A stretch of DNA of 25,641 bases from an uncultured Chlamydiae bacterium (GCA_963830365.1 CAWHMU010000019.1:1-25641); one strand, 5' to 3'; positions 1-9,172 are shown, counted from the stretch's first letter. Numbers and translations: made by a program. The notes: generated by a model from the sequence alone, not told the origin.

Positions 1-5
1 ATGGG

Positions 6-100
6 TTCACCACAGAGTCACAGAGGCGCAGTGGAGTGATAAACATTTATGCGTGCATAGTTCATCGGTTTGTTCGATCACTCTATTTCGCGGTGGTTCA
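6..100. repeat. Short 8-mer tandem repeat element (TTCAC-CACAGAGn family), degenerate inverted pair
   Basis: TTCAC CACAGAGT CACAGAGG CGCAGTGG at 6-34. A weak inverted counterpart CTCTATTTCGCGGTGGTTCA lies at 81-100. Related copies occur at 16427-16450 and 19722-19750. Confidence 0.4.
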
Positions 101-102
101 AT

Positions 103-2034
103 TTAGCTTTGCTGGAGGGCTTCGCTGGCCTGTTCCCATTCATGCATCAACACTTGCAGATTTTTTTCCAGTTGTTCCTTTTCGGCCAGGATTTTATCTT
201 GTTCGTGCTTGGGGGCTTTTTTATAAAAGGACTCGTCGAAGACCTTGTCATTTAAATTTTTGAGAGAAATCTCGATGGCGTGGCACTGCTTTTCGGCGGC
301 GGCGACTTTTTTCTGCAGCTGGTCTTTTTGGCGCTGCTGCTTTTTCTGATCGGTATAATTCTGTTTGTTATTCTCGCCCGTGCGCGCGGTGGTTTGGGCA
401 GGGGCGCGGCGGAGGGCTTTGGTGACATCCAGGTGATCGAGCTCGCGCTTTTCCACATATTCGGGATAGGTGCATTTGAAGTCTTTGACGCCTTCTGGTG
501 TCATCTCGATGACGCGCTTGGCGAGCTTTTCTACAAAATAGCGGTTATGGCTGACGAACAGTACTGTACCGGGATAGTTGTCCAGGGCTTCGATCAGGGC
601 TTCGGTGGCTTCCATATCCAAGTGGTTGGTGGGCTCATCGAATATCAAGACGTTGTGTTTGACGAGCATGATCTTGGCCAGGATCAGGCGGGCGGTTTCG
701 CCGCCGCTTAGGATGGCCACGGTTTTTTTGACCTCATCGCCTGAAAAGAGCGAGCGCGCCAACACCTTCTGCAATGTCTCCCTGGTGGCCTGCGAGTCGA
801 AGTTGCCGAGCCAGTCGAGCAATGTCGATTTGCCATGCACTTCACGCGCATGGTCCTGCGGGAAATAGGCGCAATGTGTCTCAAAACCCCAGCTGAAGGT
901 GCCGTCATTGGCGGTCTGATGTCCGGTGAGGATTTCTAGCAAGGTGGATTTGCCGATGCCGTTGGCGCCGACGAAAGCCACGCGTTCGCCGCGTTCGATT
1001 TCCAGCGAGACGTCGTGCAGCACCTGTTTTTCGCCATAACTTTTGGCGAGGGCGTTGATTTTGAGTACCACGGCTCCCGGAGGACGGCATAGGTCGAACG
1101 ATAGCTTGGGATAGCGGCGGCAGGTTGGCTGGATGGCCATGCTCTCCATCGAAGCTTCGAGCTTTTCGACCATTTTCATGCGCGATTGGGCCTGTTTGGC
1201 TTTGGTGGCTTTGGCACCGAAGCGTTCGACGAAATCCATCATATCGTCTTTGCGTTTCTCTTGCTTGAGCAGCTGGGCTTCTTTCTGGATGCCGGCTTCG
1301 GCTTTGATTCTTTCGAAAGCGTCGTAATTGCCGGTATAGGTGGTGATGGTGCCGTAGTCGAGATCGACGATATGTGTGCACACGGCATTCAGGAAGTGGC
1401 GGTCATGCGAACTCAGCAATAGCGTGCCGGGAAAATTTTGCAGGTATTCTTCCAGCCAGCGGATGGAGAAGATGTCCAAGTGGTTGGTTGGTTCATCCAG
1501 CAGCATCACATCAGGATCGCTATACAGCAGTTGGGCCAGCAAGACTCTCAGCTTATGGCCGCCCGATAGGATATGCATGGGTTGTTCGTGTACAGCAAGG
1601 GAAATGCCTAGTCCATCCAGGATCTGTGAAGCCGCGCTATGCGCCGAATAGCCGTTGAACTCTTCGATAATCTTTTCACAGTTGCCAAGTTCATCACAGT
1701 CGCTTTCGGTAAATTCAGGCTTCTGCAAAAGCGTCTCTTTGTGATGCATGGCCTGCCATAGGCGAGGCTTGCCCATCACGACGACATCGCGGATGGCATA
1801 GGAGTCGTAGATGTAATGATCCTGCTTCAACGTGCCTATCGTCTGGTATGTCGGGATGGCGATATCGCCACAGTCGGAAACGATTTCGCCGGTGATGATT
1901 TTCAGCAGCGTGGACTTGCCGGCGCCGTTGGGGCCCACCAGGCCATAGTGATTTTTAGGCAGCAGCTGCAGGCAGGCGCCTTTAAATAAGATTTTGCCGC
2001 CATACTGCATAGAAAGATTGCTTACAGAAACCAT
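103..2034 (-). CDS. ABC-F family ATP-binding protein (ribosome-associated)
   Basis: Two ABC domains (Walker A GPNGAGKST and GANGIGKST, LSGG signatures, two DEPTNHLD), an inter-domain linker, a C-terminal coiled coil and no transmembrane (TM) segments. Confidence 0.93.
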   Translation of the reverse strand: MVSVSNLSMQYGGKILFKGACLQLLPKNHYGLVGPNGAGKSTLLKIITGEIVSDCGDIAIPTYQTIGTLKQDHYIYDSYAIRDVVVMGKPRLWQAMHHKETLLQKPEFTESDCDELGNCEKIIEEFNGYSAHSAASQILDGLGISLAVHEQPMHILSGGHKLRVLLAQLLYSDPDVMLLDEPTNHLDIFSIRWLEEYLQNFPGTLLLSSHDRHFLNAVCTHIVDLDYGTITTYTGNYDAFERIKAEAGIQKEAQLLKQEKRKDDMMDFVERFGAKATKAKQAQSRMKMVEKLEASMESMAIQPTCRRYPKLSFDLCRPPGAVVLKINALAKSYGEKQVLHDVSLEIERGERVAFVGANGIGKSTLLEILTGHQTANDGTFSWGFETHCAYFPQDHAREVHGKSTLLDWLGNFDSQATRETLQKVLARSLFSGDEVKKTVAILSGGETARLILAKIMLVKHNVLIFDEPTNHLDMEATEALIEALDNYPGTVLFVSHNRYFVEKLAKRVIEMTPEGVKDFKCTYPEYVEKRELDHLDVTKALRRAPAQTTARTGENNKQNYTDQKKQQRQKDQLQKKVAAAEKQCHAIEISLKNLNDKVFDESFYKKAPKHEQDKILAEKEQLEKNLQVLMHEWEQASEALQQS

Positions 2035-2148
2035 AACTCCAACAAGGGTAAATGAAAAAGTTTACCACATTGGATAACAAAATACAATAGAAATAGAAAT
2101 AAATAGAAATAATGAACTGTTTTTCGGTTATCAATAAGGGCGAAGCTA

Positions 2149-2206
2149 GGTATGGACTGAGATGGACGATATGGGCCACGATACCGTGGTCCATATCGTC
2201 CATAAC
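2149..2206. repeat. Hairpin built of 9-mer GGAC/GTCC units, just 3' of the VKOR gene
   Basis: ATGGACGATATGGGCCACG (2162-2180) / ATAC loop / CGTGGTCCATATCGTCCAT (2185-2203) forms a 19-bp stem with one G-T pair. Confidence 0.7.
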
Positions 2207-2210
2207 ATTT

Positions 2211-3314
2211 TCAATGAGCACCGGAGCTAATGGATAAATCGGCGATGGCCTTCAAAACATTTGTCTGGGTGATTTCAGTTGAGCCTTCGAGTTTTTTGCT
2301 TTTCTTATTTGTCTTGTTGGCGACCACCACAGTCGGCGTGCCTTCGACATCATAATGGCGAATCAGGTGATCGAAATATTTGGAACCGACAGACACATCG
2401 CCATAATTGAGCTCGGTAAATTTCTGGCCGCGAGCTTTGGCTAATGCTTCTATTTGCGCATCTTTTGGCGTCTTGGTCTGCCGCGCAAGCTCCGTCAAAC
2501 CTTGGCGCAGGCTGAAATAGTTGGCTTTATTGTTGATCATGAAGGAGAGGTTGTATGGGGTGAAATTCAAGGTGGCGGCATGCACGGGGTCGTCGACAAA
2601 TGTCAGCCTGGCCTTTTGCATCACGGCAGGTGCCATTTTTTCAAGCATGGGTTCAAGGGAGCGGCAGGCGGGGCATTCCCAGTCGGTAAAGACATACACT
2701 TCAATGGCGCTATTGAGATTGCCGAACGCCATCTGTTGCTTGACAGTCTCCTGTTCAGCGCGCAGCTCATCAGGTTTGCTGATGCCGCCAAAAGCGATGA
2801 TGAAGCCCGCGGCCAGGGCAAATGTACCGGTAAAGCCTTTAAAAATATGACTCATGATACCTCTATCCCGCTGCTGAAGCAGCATTTTGAAGTTGCTGAT
2901 ATAAACATAAAAGTAAGTGAAACCGGCCACCGCCAGCGCGGCGGCAATCGACAGGCATAAAGGACACCAGGCGCCGATGACATACTTTTGCAGATAGATA
3001 AACATCAGTTCGGCGCCGAGCGCGCCGCACAGCATCAGGCCCAACAAATGATGCAGCACAGCAAAGCGCCTGGAAAACAGGTGGGTGACGAGCAACACAG
3101 GAAAAAAAAGCAGCCCTACCTCTTCAAAGGTGAATCCATACAGGCGGTAGTTATGGCTTTCAAGGCAAGCTTGTGAGCAGAGGCGCAGCCACGAAACGAT
3201 GGAAAGGATGAAGGCAGCAAACAGTGCGGCAGTCGTCAGGTAATAGCCAAGCTTGCCCTGTGTTGACGGGGTAGCATCGGCAATTGGCGGCTGGCAAAGC
3301 GTTGATGTTTTCAC
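2211..3314 (-). CDS. VKOR (vitamin K epoxide reductase family) - DsbA/thioredoxin fusion protein
   Basis: N-terminal multi-TM domain with CSQAC and WCPLC. C-terminal thioredoxin fold with DWECPAC and cis-Pro loop GTPT. GTG start with AAAGGA upstream. Confidence 0.85.
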   Translation of the reverse strand: MKTSTLCQPPIADATPSTQGKLGYYLTTAALFAAFILSIVSWLRLCSQACLESHNYRLYGFTFEEVGLLFFPVLLVTHLFSRRFAVLHHLLGLMLCGALGAELMFIYLQKYVIGAWCPLCLSIAAALAVAGFTYFYVYISNFKMLLQQRDRGIMSHIFKGFTGTFALAAGFIIAFGGISKPDELRAEQETVKQQMAFGNLNSAIEVYVFTDWECPACRSLEPMLEKMAPAVMQKARLTFVDDPVHAATLNFTPYNLSFMINNKANYFSLRQGLTELARQTKTPKDAQIEALAKARGQKFTELNYGDVSVGSKYFDHLIRHYDVEGTPTVVVANKTNKKSKKLEGSTEITQTNVLKAIADLSISSGAH

Positions 3315-3342
3315 AGTTTTTTCCTTTAATCAATATGTCTTT

Positions 3343-3371
3343 ATCTTGGAATTCAAAGAGGTTGTTGTCAA
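3343..3371 (-). promoter_or_regulatory. Putative sigma66/sigma70 promoter for the VKOR-DsbA gene
   Basis: Minus strand TTGACA (3371-3366), 17-bp spacer, CAAGAT (3348-3343). Confidence 0.45.
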
Positions 3372-3424
3372 GTGTGAAAAAATTGGCGCTTATCGCCGCT
3401 GACAGTCACCCTTATTTTTCGAGT

Positions 3425-3590
3425 TATACCATGATTCTAGTGAGAATTTGACATAGTGGACGCGCCAAAGCCCCGGGGTTGCATGATCGTAAGCCACCCC
3501 ATATTACTAATATTGGGTGGCTTATGATCATGCAACCGCGGGAGCTTTCGCGCAGTCTAATATGTAAAATTCTCACCAGATCATGGTATA
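3425..3590. mobile_element. Palindromic MITE-like element, copy A (166 bp)
   Basis: TATACCATGA...TCATGGTATA ends and ~80-bp imperfect arms centred on ATATT-ACT-AATAT (3501-3513). Homologous to 9731-9874, 17930-18082 and 19483-19859. Confidence 0.8.
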
Positions 3591-3714
3591 CTGCTTGTTG
3601 AGTTCCATAGTTTGAATCTGATTGAAGAAATAAAAATATGTGAGTTTGAATAATGTTCATGTGAACAACATCATGCTTTTGCTCTCATTATGAATGGGCA
3701 TGGACAATAAATGC

Positions 3715-3752
3715 AAAATCCCTTGCATAGTAACTATGCAAGGGATTTTTTT
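3715..3752. terminator. Intrinsic terminator, probably bidirectional
   Basis: AAAATCCCTTGCATAG-TAA-CTATGCAAGGGATTTT perfect 16-bp stem, with a T7 tail on + and a T4 tail on -. Lies downstream of the TMEM14 gene. Confidence 0.75.
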
Positions 3753-3795
3753 CGGTATGCCATCCGCTTCGTCCGCTCAGTCTGTTTTCGGAGAA

Positions 3796-4116
3796 TTAGC
3801 TTTTCTTTTTGTTGATGAAGAGGGTGGCCAAGACGACCACACTGAGGATGCACATCAGGCCGGCCGGCATGAATTTCTGCGTCAATACCAGCCGATAGGT
3901 GAAGAACACGCTTAAAATCAAGGTGAAGATAACCGAGAAATAGTATCCGATCCAGATTTCCTTAAGCATAGCGATGGCGCTGGCGCTTAAAGCTAAAGCA
4001 AAGGTAACACCCATCACCAGAGAGGGGATGCTATGGACTTTGGCAAAGCCGATCAGGCCGCCGAGTAAGACAAATACCGCATAGACTAAGACCACAATTC
4101 CACGTGTTTTCATCAT
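3796..4116 (-). CDS. TMEM14 family membrane protein
   Basis: Four hydrophobic helices, with YAVFVLLGGLIGFAK..SIPSL and KFMPAGL motifs typical of TMEM14/FAX proteins. Confidence 0.85.
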   Translation of the reverse strand: MMKTRGIVVLVYAVFVLLGGLIGFAKVHSIPSLVMGVTFALALSASAIAMLKEIWIGYYFSVIFTLILSVFFTYRLVLTQKFMPAGLMCILSVVVLATLFINKKKS

Positions 4117-4134
4117 TTGATCATCCTGTATTCG

Positions 4135-4869
4135 TTAAGTCAATATTTCGGAAAAGAAATTGCGCATGGCTGTCCATGAACGCTTGTCGGCCTTGGCATT
4201 ATATGCCAAGCCGTTATGCGGCTCGTTAGCTTCCGGATTGGTGAAGGCATGCATGGTATGTCCATAGAGATGCATCTGCCAGTCCACCCCCTTACGCGTG
4301 AATTCTTCGCGCGCCGCAGTGATATCGGCCGCGCTGACGGAGGGATCGTCATTGCCATGCAGCATCAAGAGCGCCCCTTTGATCTTGGCATCGGGGGCGG
4401 GGGCCGCTTTGTATTCCCCTAGGGTATGGCCGAGCAGTCCGTGGAAGCTCACTACCCCGCGAACAGCGCTGCCGCTGCGCAAAAGTTCGATCACCGTCAG
4501 GCCGCCAAAGCAAAAGCCGATGGCGCCGATGGCATTGGCATCCGCCAGCGGATGCGTTTTTAGGGTCTCGACCGCAGCATTGATGCGCCGTCTCAGCAGC
4601 TGGCGGTCGAGGAAAAGCGGCAGCATAAGCTGCAGGGCGTCATCGTTATTGGCTGCCACTTTGCCATGGCCATATAAATCTGCGGCCAGGGCCACGTAGC
4701 CGAGTTCTGCCAGAGCCTGCGCCTTTTGGCGGGCGAAATCGTCTTGGCCGCGCCAGGCGTGGGCGATGACGATGCCTGGCTTTTTTTGGCTGTTGGCGGC
4801 ATTGGGAGCTGCGAGATAGCCGTGGCAGCTTAAGCCATCGCAATCATATGTTATGGTTTCTGTCAGCAT
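4135..4869 (-). CDS. Dienelactone hydrolase family protein
   Basis: GFCFGG nucleophile motif, HGNDD, HAFTNP. The start is probably the internal Met (MLTETITY) at 4869 rather than 4926. Confidence 0.88.
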   Translation of the reverse strand: MLTETITYDCDGLSCHGYLAAPNAANSQKKPGIVIAHAWRGQDDFARQKAQALAELGYVALAADLYGHGKVAANNDDALQLMLPLFLDRQLLRRRINAAVETLKTHPLADANAIGAIGFCFGGLTVIELLRSGSAVRGVVSFHGLLGHTLGEYKAAPAPDAKIKGALLMLHGNDDPSVSAADITAAREEFTRKGVDWQMHLYGHTMHAFTNPEANEPHNGLAYNAKADKRSWTAMRNFFSEILT

Positions 4870-4984
4870 GATGCCTGTAAATTTCCTAAATACCGTAATT
4901 GTGAGGAAATTAGCCTTAGATGCCATTTTCTACAAGAATTTTATCAAGCATATGTGAATAATCGTAATAAACAGTAAGGTTTCC

Positions 4985-5419
4985 ATGCCGCATCGCCATA
5001 AGCTCTATATCCCGCCAGAAGGCCCTCCACAGCAACGTCCGAGCCCTGAGATCTATGCCAAGATGGGGGAGGCTAACATCTTCAGCATGCTGGAAGATTT
5101 CTATCGCGAGTTGGCAAAATCTGAGATCCGCCATCTTTTCACGGAAGATATGGTGGAGGCCTCCAAGAAATCGGCGGCCTTTTTTGTTTTCTTGCTGGGA
5201 GGACCGCCCCTATACCAGCAGCGCCATGGGCCGCCCATGATGCGGCAGCGCCACCTGCCGTTTGCCATCGACGAGGCAGCGCGCCAAGTGTGGTTGCAGT
5301 GTTTCCATGCCGTGCTGGTGGATGCGGACAAGAAATATGCTTTTCCTAAAGAGCATATAGCGGAATTCTGCCAATTTCTAGACCGTTTTTCAGGCTGGAT
5401 GGTTAATACGAAAACATAG
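4985..5419 (+). CDS. Truncated hemoglobin (group II-like globin)
   Basis: EDFY, LGGPPLY, HGPPMMRQRHLPFAI and ARQVWL motifs of 2/2 globins. Confidence 0.88.
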   Translation: MPHRHKLYIPPEGPPQQRPSPEIYAKMGEANIFSMLEDFYRELAKSEIRHLFTEDMVEASKKSAAFFVFLLGGPPLYQQRHGPPMMRQRHLPFAIDEAARQVWLQCFHAVLVDADKKYAFPKEHIAEFCQFLDRFSGWMVNTKT

Positions 5420-5488
5420 CAGCGGTCTACGACTAATGATTGCTATTATCTTTTTAATCTGTTAACATACAAGCGCTTAAACTTTATC

Positions 5489-6421
5489 ATGGCCGCACCA
5501 ATGGCTCTTTTTTCGATATGCGCTTTTAAAATCATCCCGTTGTATGTCTATATCTTCCTGGGGTTTATAGCAGGCAGACTGCTGGATGCCCATCGTGATA
5601 CGATTGCGCGCCTCATGCTCTATATTATCAATCCCATCGTGATTTTCAATGGCATCATCCATACGCGCCTGGACACTAGTGTGTTGACCTTGCCTGTGAT
5701 GGTGTTTTTTATGAGCTCCGGACTATGCCTTGTCTTCTATCGCCTTTCACGTTACCTTTGGCAGGATTCAACCTGCAGTCTGGCAGCATTCAGTGCAGGT
5801 TCCGGCAATACAGGGTATTTTGGACTATCCATTGCCATCCTGCTCTTCAATGATCAGGGCGAAGGACTCTATATTATGGCTATTTTGGGAGTGACCTTCT
5901 TTGAAAGTACCATCGGCTATTATATCTTTGCACGAGAGACGATGAGTGCCAAGGAATGCGCGTTTAAACTACTCAAATTGCCAGCTTTATACGCTTTTTT
6001 CTTCGGTTTATTCATCAATGCCTTGCAACTGCCTATCCCGGAAGTCTTTGATGAATTCATGCACCATATCAAAGGCACCTATACTGTACTCGGCATGATG
6101 ATCATTGGCTTGGGATTGGCCAGCCTATCCAGTCTTAAACTAGATTTCAAATTCATCGGTATAACGTTTCTAGCTAAATTCGTGGCTTGGCCATTGCTCA
6201 TCATGCTGACCATCCAGGGCGACCGCCAGCTTTTTCATTTTTTTAATGAAAGCATCTATAAAGCGCTGATGCTGCTGGCCATCGTGCCGTTGGGAGCTAA
6301 TATGGTGGTAATGGCTTCTTTGATGCATAGCTATCCGGACAAAGCCGCAGCGGCCGTGGTGCTGAGTATCCTCCTTGCTTTGATTTATGTCCCCTTCATG
6401 GCCGAATACTTTATTTGCTAA
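5489..6421 (+). CDS. AEC family (auxin efflux carrier / malate permease-like) transporter
   Basis: About 10 TM helices, GNTGYFGL motif, 310 aa. Confidence 0.85.
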   Translation: MAAPMALFSICAFKIIPLYVYIFLGFIAGRLLDAHRDTIARLMLYIINPIVIFNGIIHTRLDTSVLTLPVMVFFMSSGLCLVFYRLSRYLWQDSTCSLAAFSAGSGNTGYFGLSIAILLFNDQGEGLYIMAILGVTFFESTIGYYIFARETMSAKECAFKLLKLPALYAFFFGLFINALQLPIPEVFDEFMHHIKGTYTVLGMMIIGLGLASLSSLKLDFKFIGITFLAKFVAWPLLIMLTIQGDRQLFHFFNESIYKALMLLAIVPLGANMVVMASLMHSYPDKAAAAVVLSILLALIYVPFMAEYFIC

Positions 6422-6478
6422 AAATCCCTTTAACAGGTTTACTCCAAAATAGACAAAACCATCAAAGGGGATGATATT

Positions 6479-6913
6479 ATGCCTATTGCTACTTATGCCA
6501 TGACGGCCTGTATGGCCGCAATTTTAGCCTCTAACCTATGCTTTGCCGATACGAAAAAAGTCGATGTCAGTACTTTGCAACACGCAGCGTCAGCCTCCAC
6601 CACCTGGCTTGAGTTCTTGGATAAAGGCAAGTATGCAGAAAGCTGGGACCACTCCTCTGTCATTATGCAAACGACCGTAGGTAAAGATGAATGGGTGAAG
6701 CTTATGACAAGCTCACGCAAACCTTTAGGTAGTCTTAAATCCCGCCAGGTGCTGGACCAGCGCACCTCGAAAAATCCACACGGCCTGCCGGCAGGGGACT
6801 ATATGGTGATGTATTATAAGACTGCCTTCGCCCATCGTCCGGAAGCTAAAGAGCTCGTCACACTGCATTTAGAGAACGGCAAATGGAGCGTGTTGACATA
6901 TCAGGTGGAATAA
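6479..6913 (+). CDS. DUF4019 domain secreted protein
   Basis: Signal peptide, plus the WLEFLDKGKYAESW and LPAGDYMVMYYKTAF patterns. Confidence 0.75.
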   Translation: MPIATYAMTACMAAILASNLCFADTKKVDVSTLQHAASASTTWLEFLDKGKYAESWDHSSVIMQTTVGKDEWVKLMTSSRKPLGSLKSRQVLDQRTSKNPHGLPAGDYMVMYYKTAFAHRPEAKELVTLHLENGKWSVLTYQVE

Positions 6914-6936
6914 ACGCTAACCAAGATTTATAAGAG

Positions 6937-8247
6937 ATGTTTTTTTCACTGCTCTATGAAATTTGCCTGATGCTATTGGCGCTGGCGTATTTCCCGGTCC
7001 TGCTTTATCAGATGATATTTAAAGGGAAATATCGCCAGAGCCTGTCAAAGCGCTTCGGCAGCGGCTTCCCCATCATAGAAAAAGGGGAGCGTCCGCTGGT
7101 ATGGATCCATGCCGTCTCGCTCGGCGAAACCAAAGCGGTATCGGCTTTAGTGAAAACACTCAAAGCCGAATTCAACAATCCTGTGCTGGTATTTTCCACT
7201 ACCACCCAGACAGGGTATGCCGAAGCCTGCCGGACCATAGTCGCCGACTACCATGTCTATTTGCCTTTCGACTTCGGCTGGGTGATCAAACCGATCATTC
7301 AGCGGACGGCGCCGGATCTTGTGCTGCTGTGCGAATCCGACTTTTGGTACAACTTTCTGTCGGCTTCCAAAAAGGCCGGTGCGATCGTGGCTGTGGTCAA
7401 TGGCAAGCTTTCCACACGCTCTTTGCAGCGATTCTTAAAGCTGTCGTTCTTCACGAAAAGGCTTTTTGCCTGCATCGACCTCTTCTGCGTGCAAAGCAAC
7501 CTGTACCGCAAACGCTTTGCCGAACTCGGCATCCCGCAAGAGAAACTTGCCGTTACCGGCAATATCAAATTCGATGGCGATTATGCCAAATTGCCGGCCA
7601 CTCAAATTGCCGCCTGGAAGCTTGAGCTGGGCATCAAAGAAAACGATCCCGTGCTTGTCATAGGCTCGACACACTATCCTGAAGAACTGCAGATGCTTAA
7701 AATGCTGCCGCAGGTATGGAAGGTTGTGCCGGCACTCAAAGTCATGATCGTGCCCCGCCACCCCGAGCGCTTCAACGAAGTAGCCGCCCTGCTGCAGAAA
7801 AGCGATGTGAATTTCCGCCGCCTGAGCGAGAAAAACGGCTCCATGAATAGCGCTCCGGTCATCCTGATCGATGCCATGGGACTGCTATGCAAATGCTACC
7901 AGCTGGCAGACATCGCCGTTGTCGCCGGCAGCTATACGCCAAAAGTCGGCGGACATAACATCTTAGAGCCTTGCTGGTATGGCGTGCCGGTACTGTTTGG
8001 CCCCCATATGCACTCACAGCCAGACCTTGTCGATTTGGTGCGCGAATATGAAGCCGGACTGCAAGTTGCCATCGAAGAGCTGCCTAATATGTTGCTGCGT
8101 CTGTTACAAGATAAAAGCTACTGCAACGCATTAGGCGATGGTGGGTTACGTCTGACCGGCGATGTGCACGGCGCCACCGCCAAGACACTGGTGTTACTAA
8201 AGTTAAAAATACAGCAAATTAAAAACAGCCCCTTGCTTACATCCTAA
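6937..8247 (+). CDS. waaA: 3-deoxy-D-manno-octulosonic acid (Kdo) transferase
   Basis: N-terminal anchor, WIHAVSLGE, VPRHPERF and GGHNILEP motifs. Confidence 0.93.
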   Translation: MFFSLLYEICLMLLALAYFPVLLYQMIFKGKYRQSLSKRFGSGFPIIEKGERPLVWIHAVSLGETKAVSALVKTLKAEFNNPVLVFSTTTQTGYAEACRTIVADYHVYLPFDFGWVIKPIIQRTAPDLVLLCESDFWYNFLSASKKAGAIVAVVNGKLSTRSLQRFLKLSFFTKRLFACIDLFCVQSNLYRKRFAELGIPQEKLAVTGNIKFDGDYAKLPATQIAAWKLELGIKENDPVLVIGSTHYPEELQMLKMLPQVWKVVPALKVMIVPRHPERFNEVAALLQKSDVNFRRLSEKNGSMNSAPVILIDAMGLLCKCYQLADIAVVAGSYTPKVGGHNILEPCWYGVPVLFGPHMHSQPDLVDLVREYEAGLQVAIEELPNMLLRLLQDKSYCNALGDGGLRLTGDVHGATAKTLVLLKLKIQQIKNSPLLTS

Positions 8248-8292
8248 GGCAATTGTTCCGTTTTTCTTGAAATATTATAGTTTTTAGGTTGT

Positions 8293-8322
8293 TTGAAAAT
8301 AGGGCGTTTGCTAAGATATACT
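8293..8322 (+). promoter_or_regulatory. Putative promoter of the tRNA-Met pair
   Basis: TTGAAA (8293-8298), 18-bp spacer, TATACT (8317-8322), about 30 bp before the first tRNA. Confidence 0.55.
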
Positions 8323-8354
8323 TTTTAGCAACGACGTAAGAATGAAAAATGTGA

Positions 8355-8427
8355 CGCGGGGTGGAGCAGGGGTTAGCTCGTTGGGCTCATAACCCAAAGG
8401 TCGGAGGTTCGAATCCTTTCCCCGCTA
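8355..8427 (+). tRNA. tRNA-fMet (initiator, anticodon CAT)
   Basis: Cloverleaf with a C1:U72 mismatch, anticodon stem TTGGG/CCCAA containing three G-C pairs, and a TTCGAAT T-loop. CCA is not encoded. Confidence 0.95.
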
Positions 8428-8439
8428 TTTTTCGTTTAT

Positions 8440-8512
8440 GGCGGTATAGCTCAGTCGGTAGAGCAACGGAATCATAATCCGTCTGTCGTCGGTTCAAATC
8501 CGGCTGCCGCTA
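8440..8512 (+). tRNA. tRNA-Met (CAT), probably elongator
   Basis: GGCGGTA/TGCCGCT acceptor stem, ACGGA-ATCATAA-TCCGT anticodon arm and TTCAAAT T-loop. An Ile2 identity cannot be formally excluded. Confidence 0.9.
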
Positions 8513-8522
8513 ACTGTCAAAG

Positions 8523-8560
8523 AAACCCTTCCAAGGCAACTTGCGAAGGGTTTTTTATTT
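8523..8560 (+). terminator. Intrinsic terminator after the tRNAs
   Basis: AAACCCTTC-CAAG-GCAA-CTTG-C-GAAGGGTTT followed by a T-rich tail. Confidence 0.8.
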
Positions 8561-8575
8561 TCGCCTCGAATGCAC

Positions 8576-8667
8576 TGTGCAGACAGGGTGGACAATGCGA
8601 CGAGGCAGCCGATACGGACACAATTAACATAGTCCATCCCGTCTACTTTGTCCGCATCGTCCGTGCC
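8576..8667. repeat. Inverted array of 9-mer GGAC/GTCC units
   Basis: Left units TGTGCAGAC AGGGTGGAC AATGCGAC GAGGCAGCC GATACGGAC. Right units GTCCATCCC GTCTACTTT GTCCGCATC GTCCGTGCC. Confidence 0.6.
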
Positions 8668-8686
8668 TTAAAAGCCGGCGAAGATC

Positions 8687-8968
8687 TTAATCGGTAACTT
8701 TTTCCAACCAACCTTTTACTCTATTTCCAGCTGTGACTTCGCGCGTACTATATGCAAAGGCACCAATGCCCACAACGATAATGGCGGCGGTCGTCCCTAG
8801 AGTTGAAGTATCTGCTAGGCGGCAGAAGATTCCGGCTGCAAGCGCTAATAGGGTGACTTTAACAGCGATTTCCGTCTGTTGTTTCGATGGCATTCTTTCA
8901 AAGTTGCGCACGCATTTTGTGTCAAACAAGGCTTTCACGCTTGATTCAGCAATTTCACCAAGGCTCAT
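8687..8968 (-). CDS. Small hypothetical membrane protein, Inc-like bilobed hydrophobic domain
   Basis: GGAGG RBS. Two hydrophobic stretches are separated by a short polar loop (RLADTST). Confidence 0.7.
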   Translation of the reverse strand: MSLGEIAESSVKALFDTKCVRNFERMPSKQQTEIAVKVTLLALAAGIFCRLADTSTLGTTAAIIVVGIGAFAYSTREVTAGNRVKGWLEKVTD

Positions 8969-9172
8969 CTTTCATCCTCCAATAGAATGTAATTTAATTA
9001 ATTCGAACAGATATATAGCAAACCCTATGATTTTCATACTATGATAGGATGAAAATTTGATTTTACGATGAGAAATTTCTGGCGCGCCATATGCCAATGT
9101 CTGCGGCCTCAGGTTTTGGTGAGAGCGCTTTATAGGCATGAAATTGCCTGGTTCTAGTGGCGATTTACCCAT

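Noticed and set aside
252..1658. Many antisense or alternative-frame ORFs overlapping long genes, here and throughout the window
   Set aside because: Shadow ORFs of well-supported genes, with no recognisable motifs.
2081..2112. AAATAG-like short repeats upstream of the ABC-F gene
   Set aside because: Low-complexity AT-rich promoter-region sequence.
3424..3660. Short ORFs over the MITEs (also 19396-19596 and 19640-19837)
   Set aside because: They are reading frames through the repeat elements with no supporting signals.
8403..8419. Two G-U pairs in the fMet tRNA T-stem, suggesting a pseudogene
   Set aside because: All initiator identity elements are intact and G-U pairs are tolerated.
8576..8667. 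Possible CRISPR-like array
   Set aside because: The units are 9 bp and degenerate, with no 25-40 bp repeats, no spacers and no cas genes.
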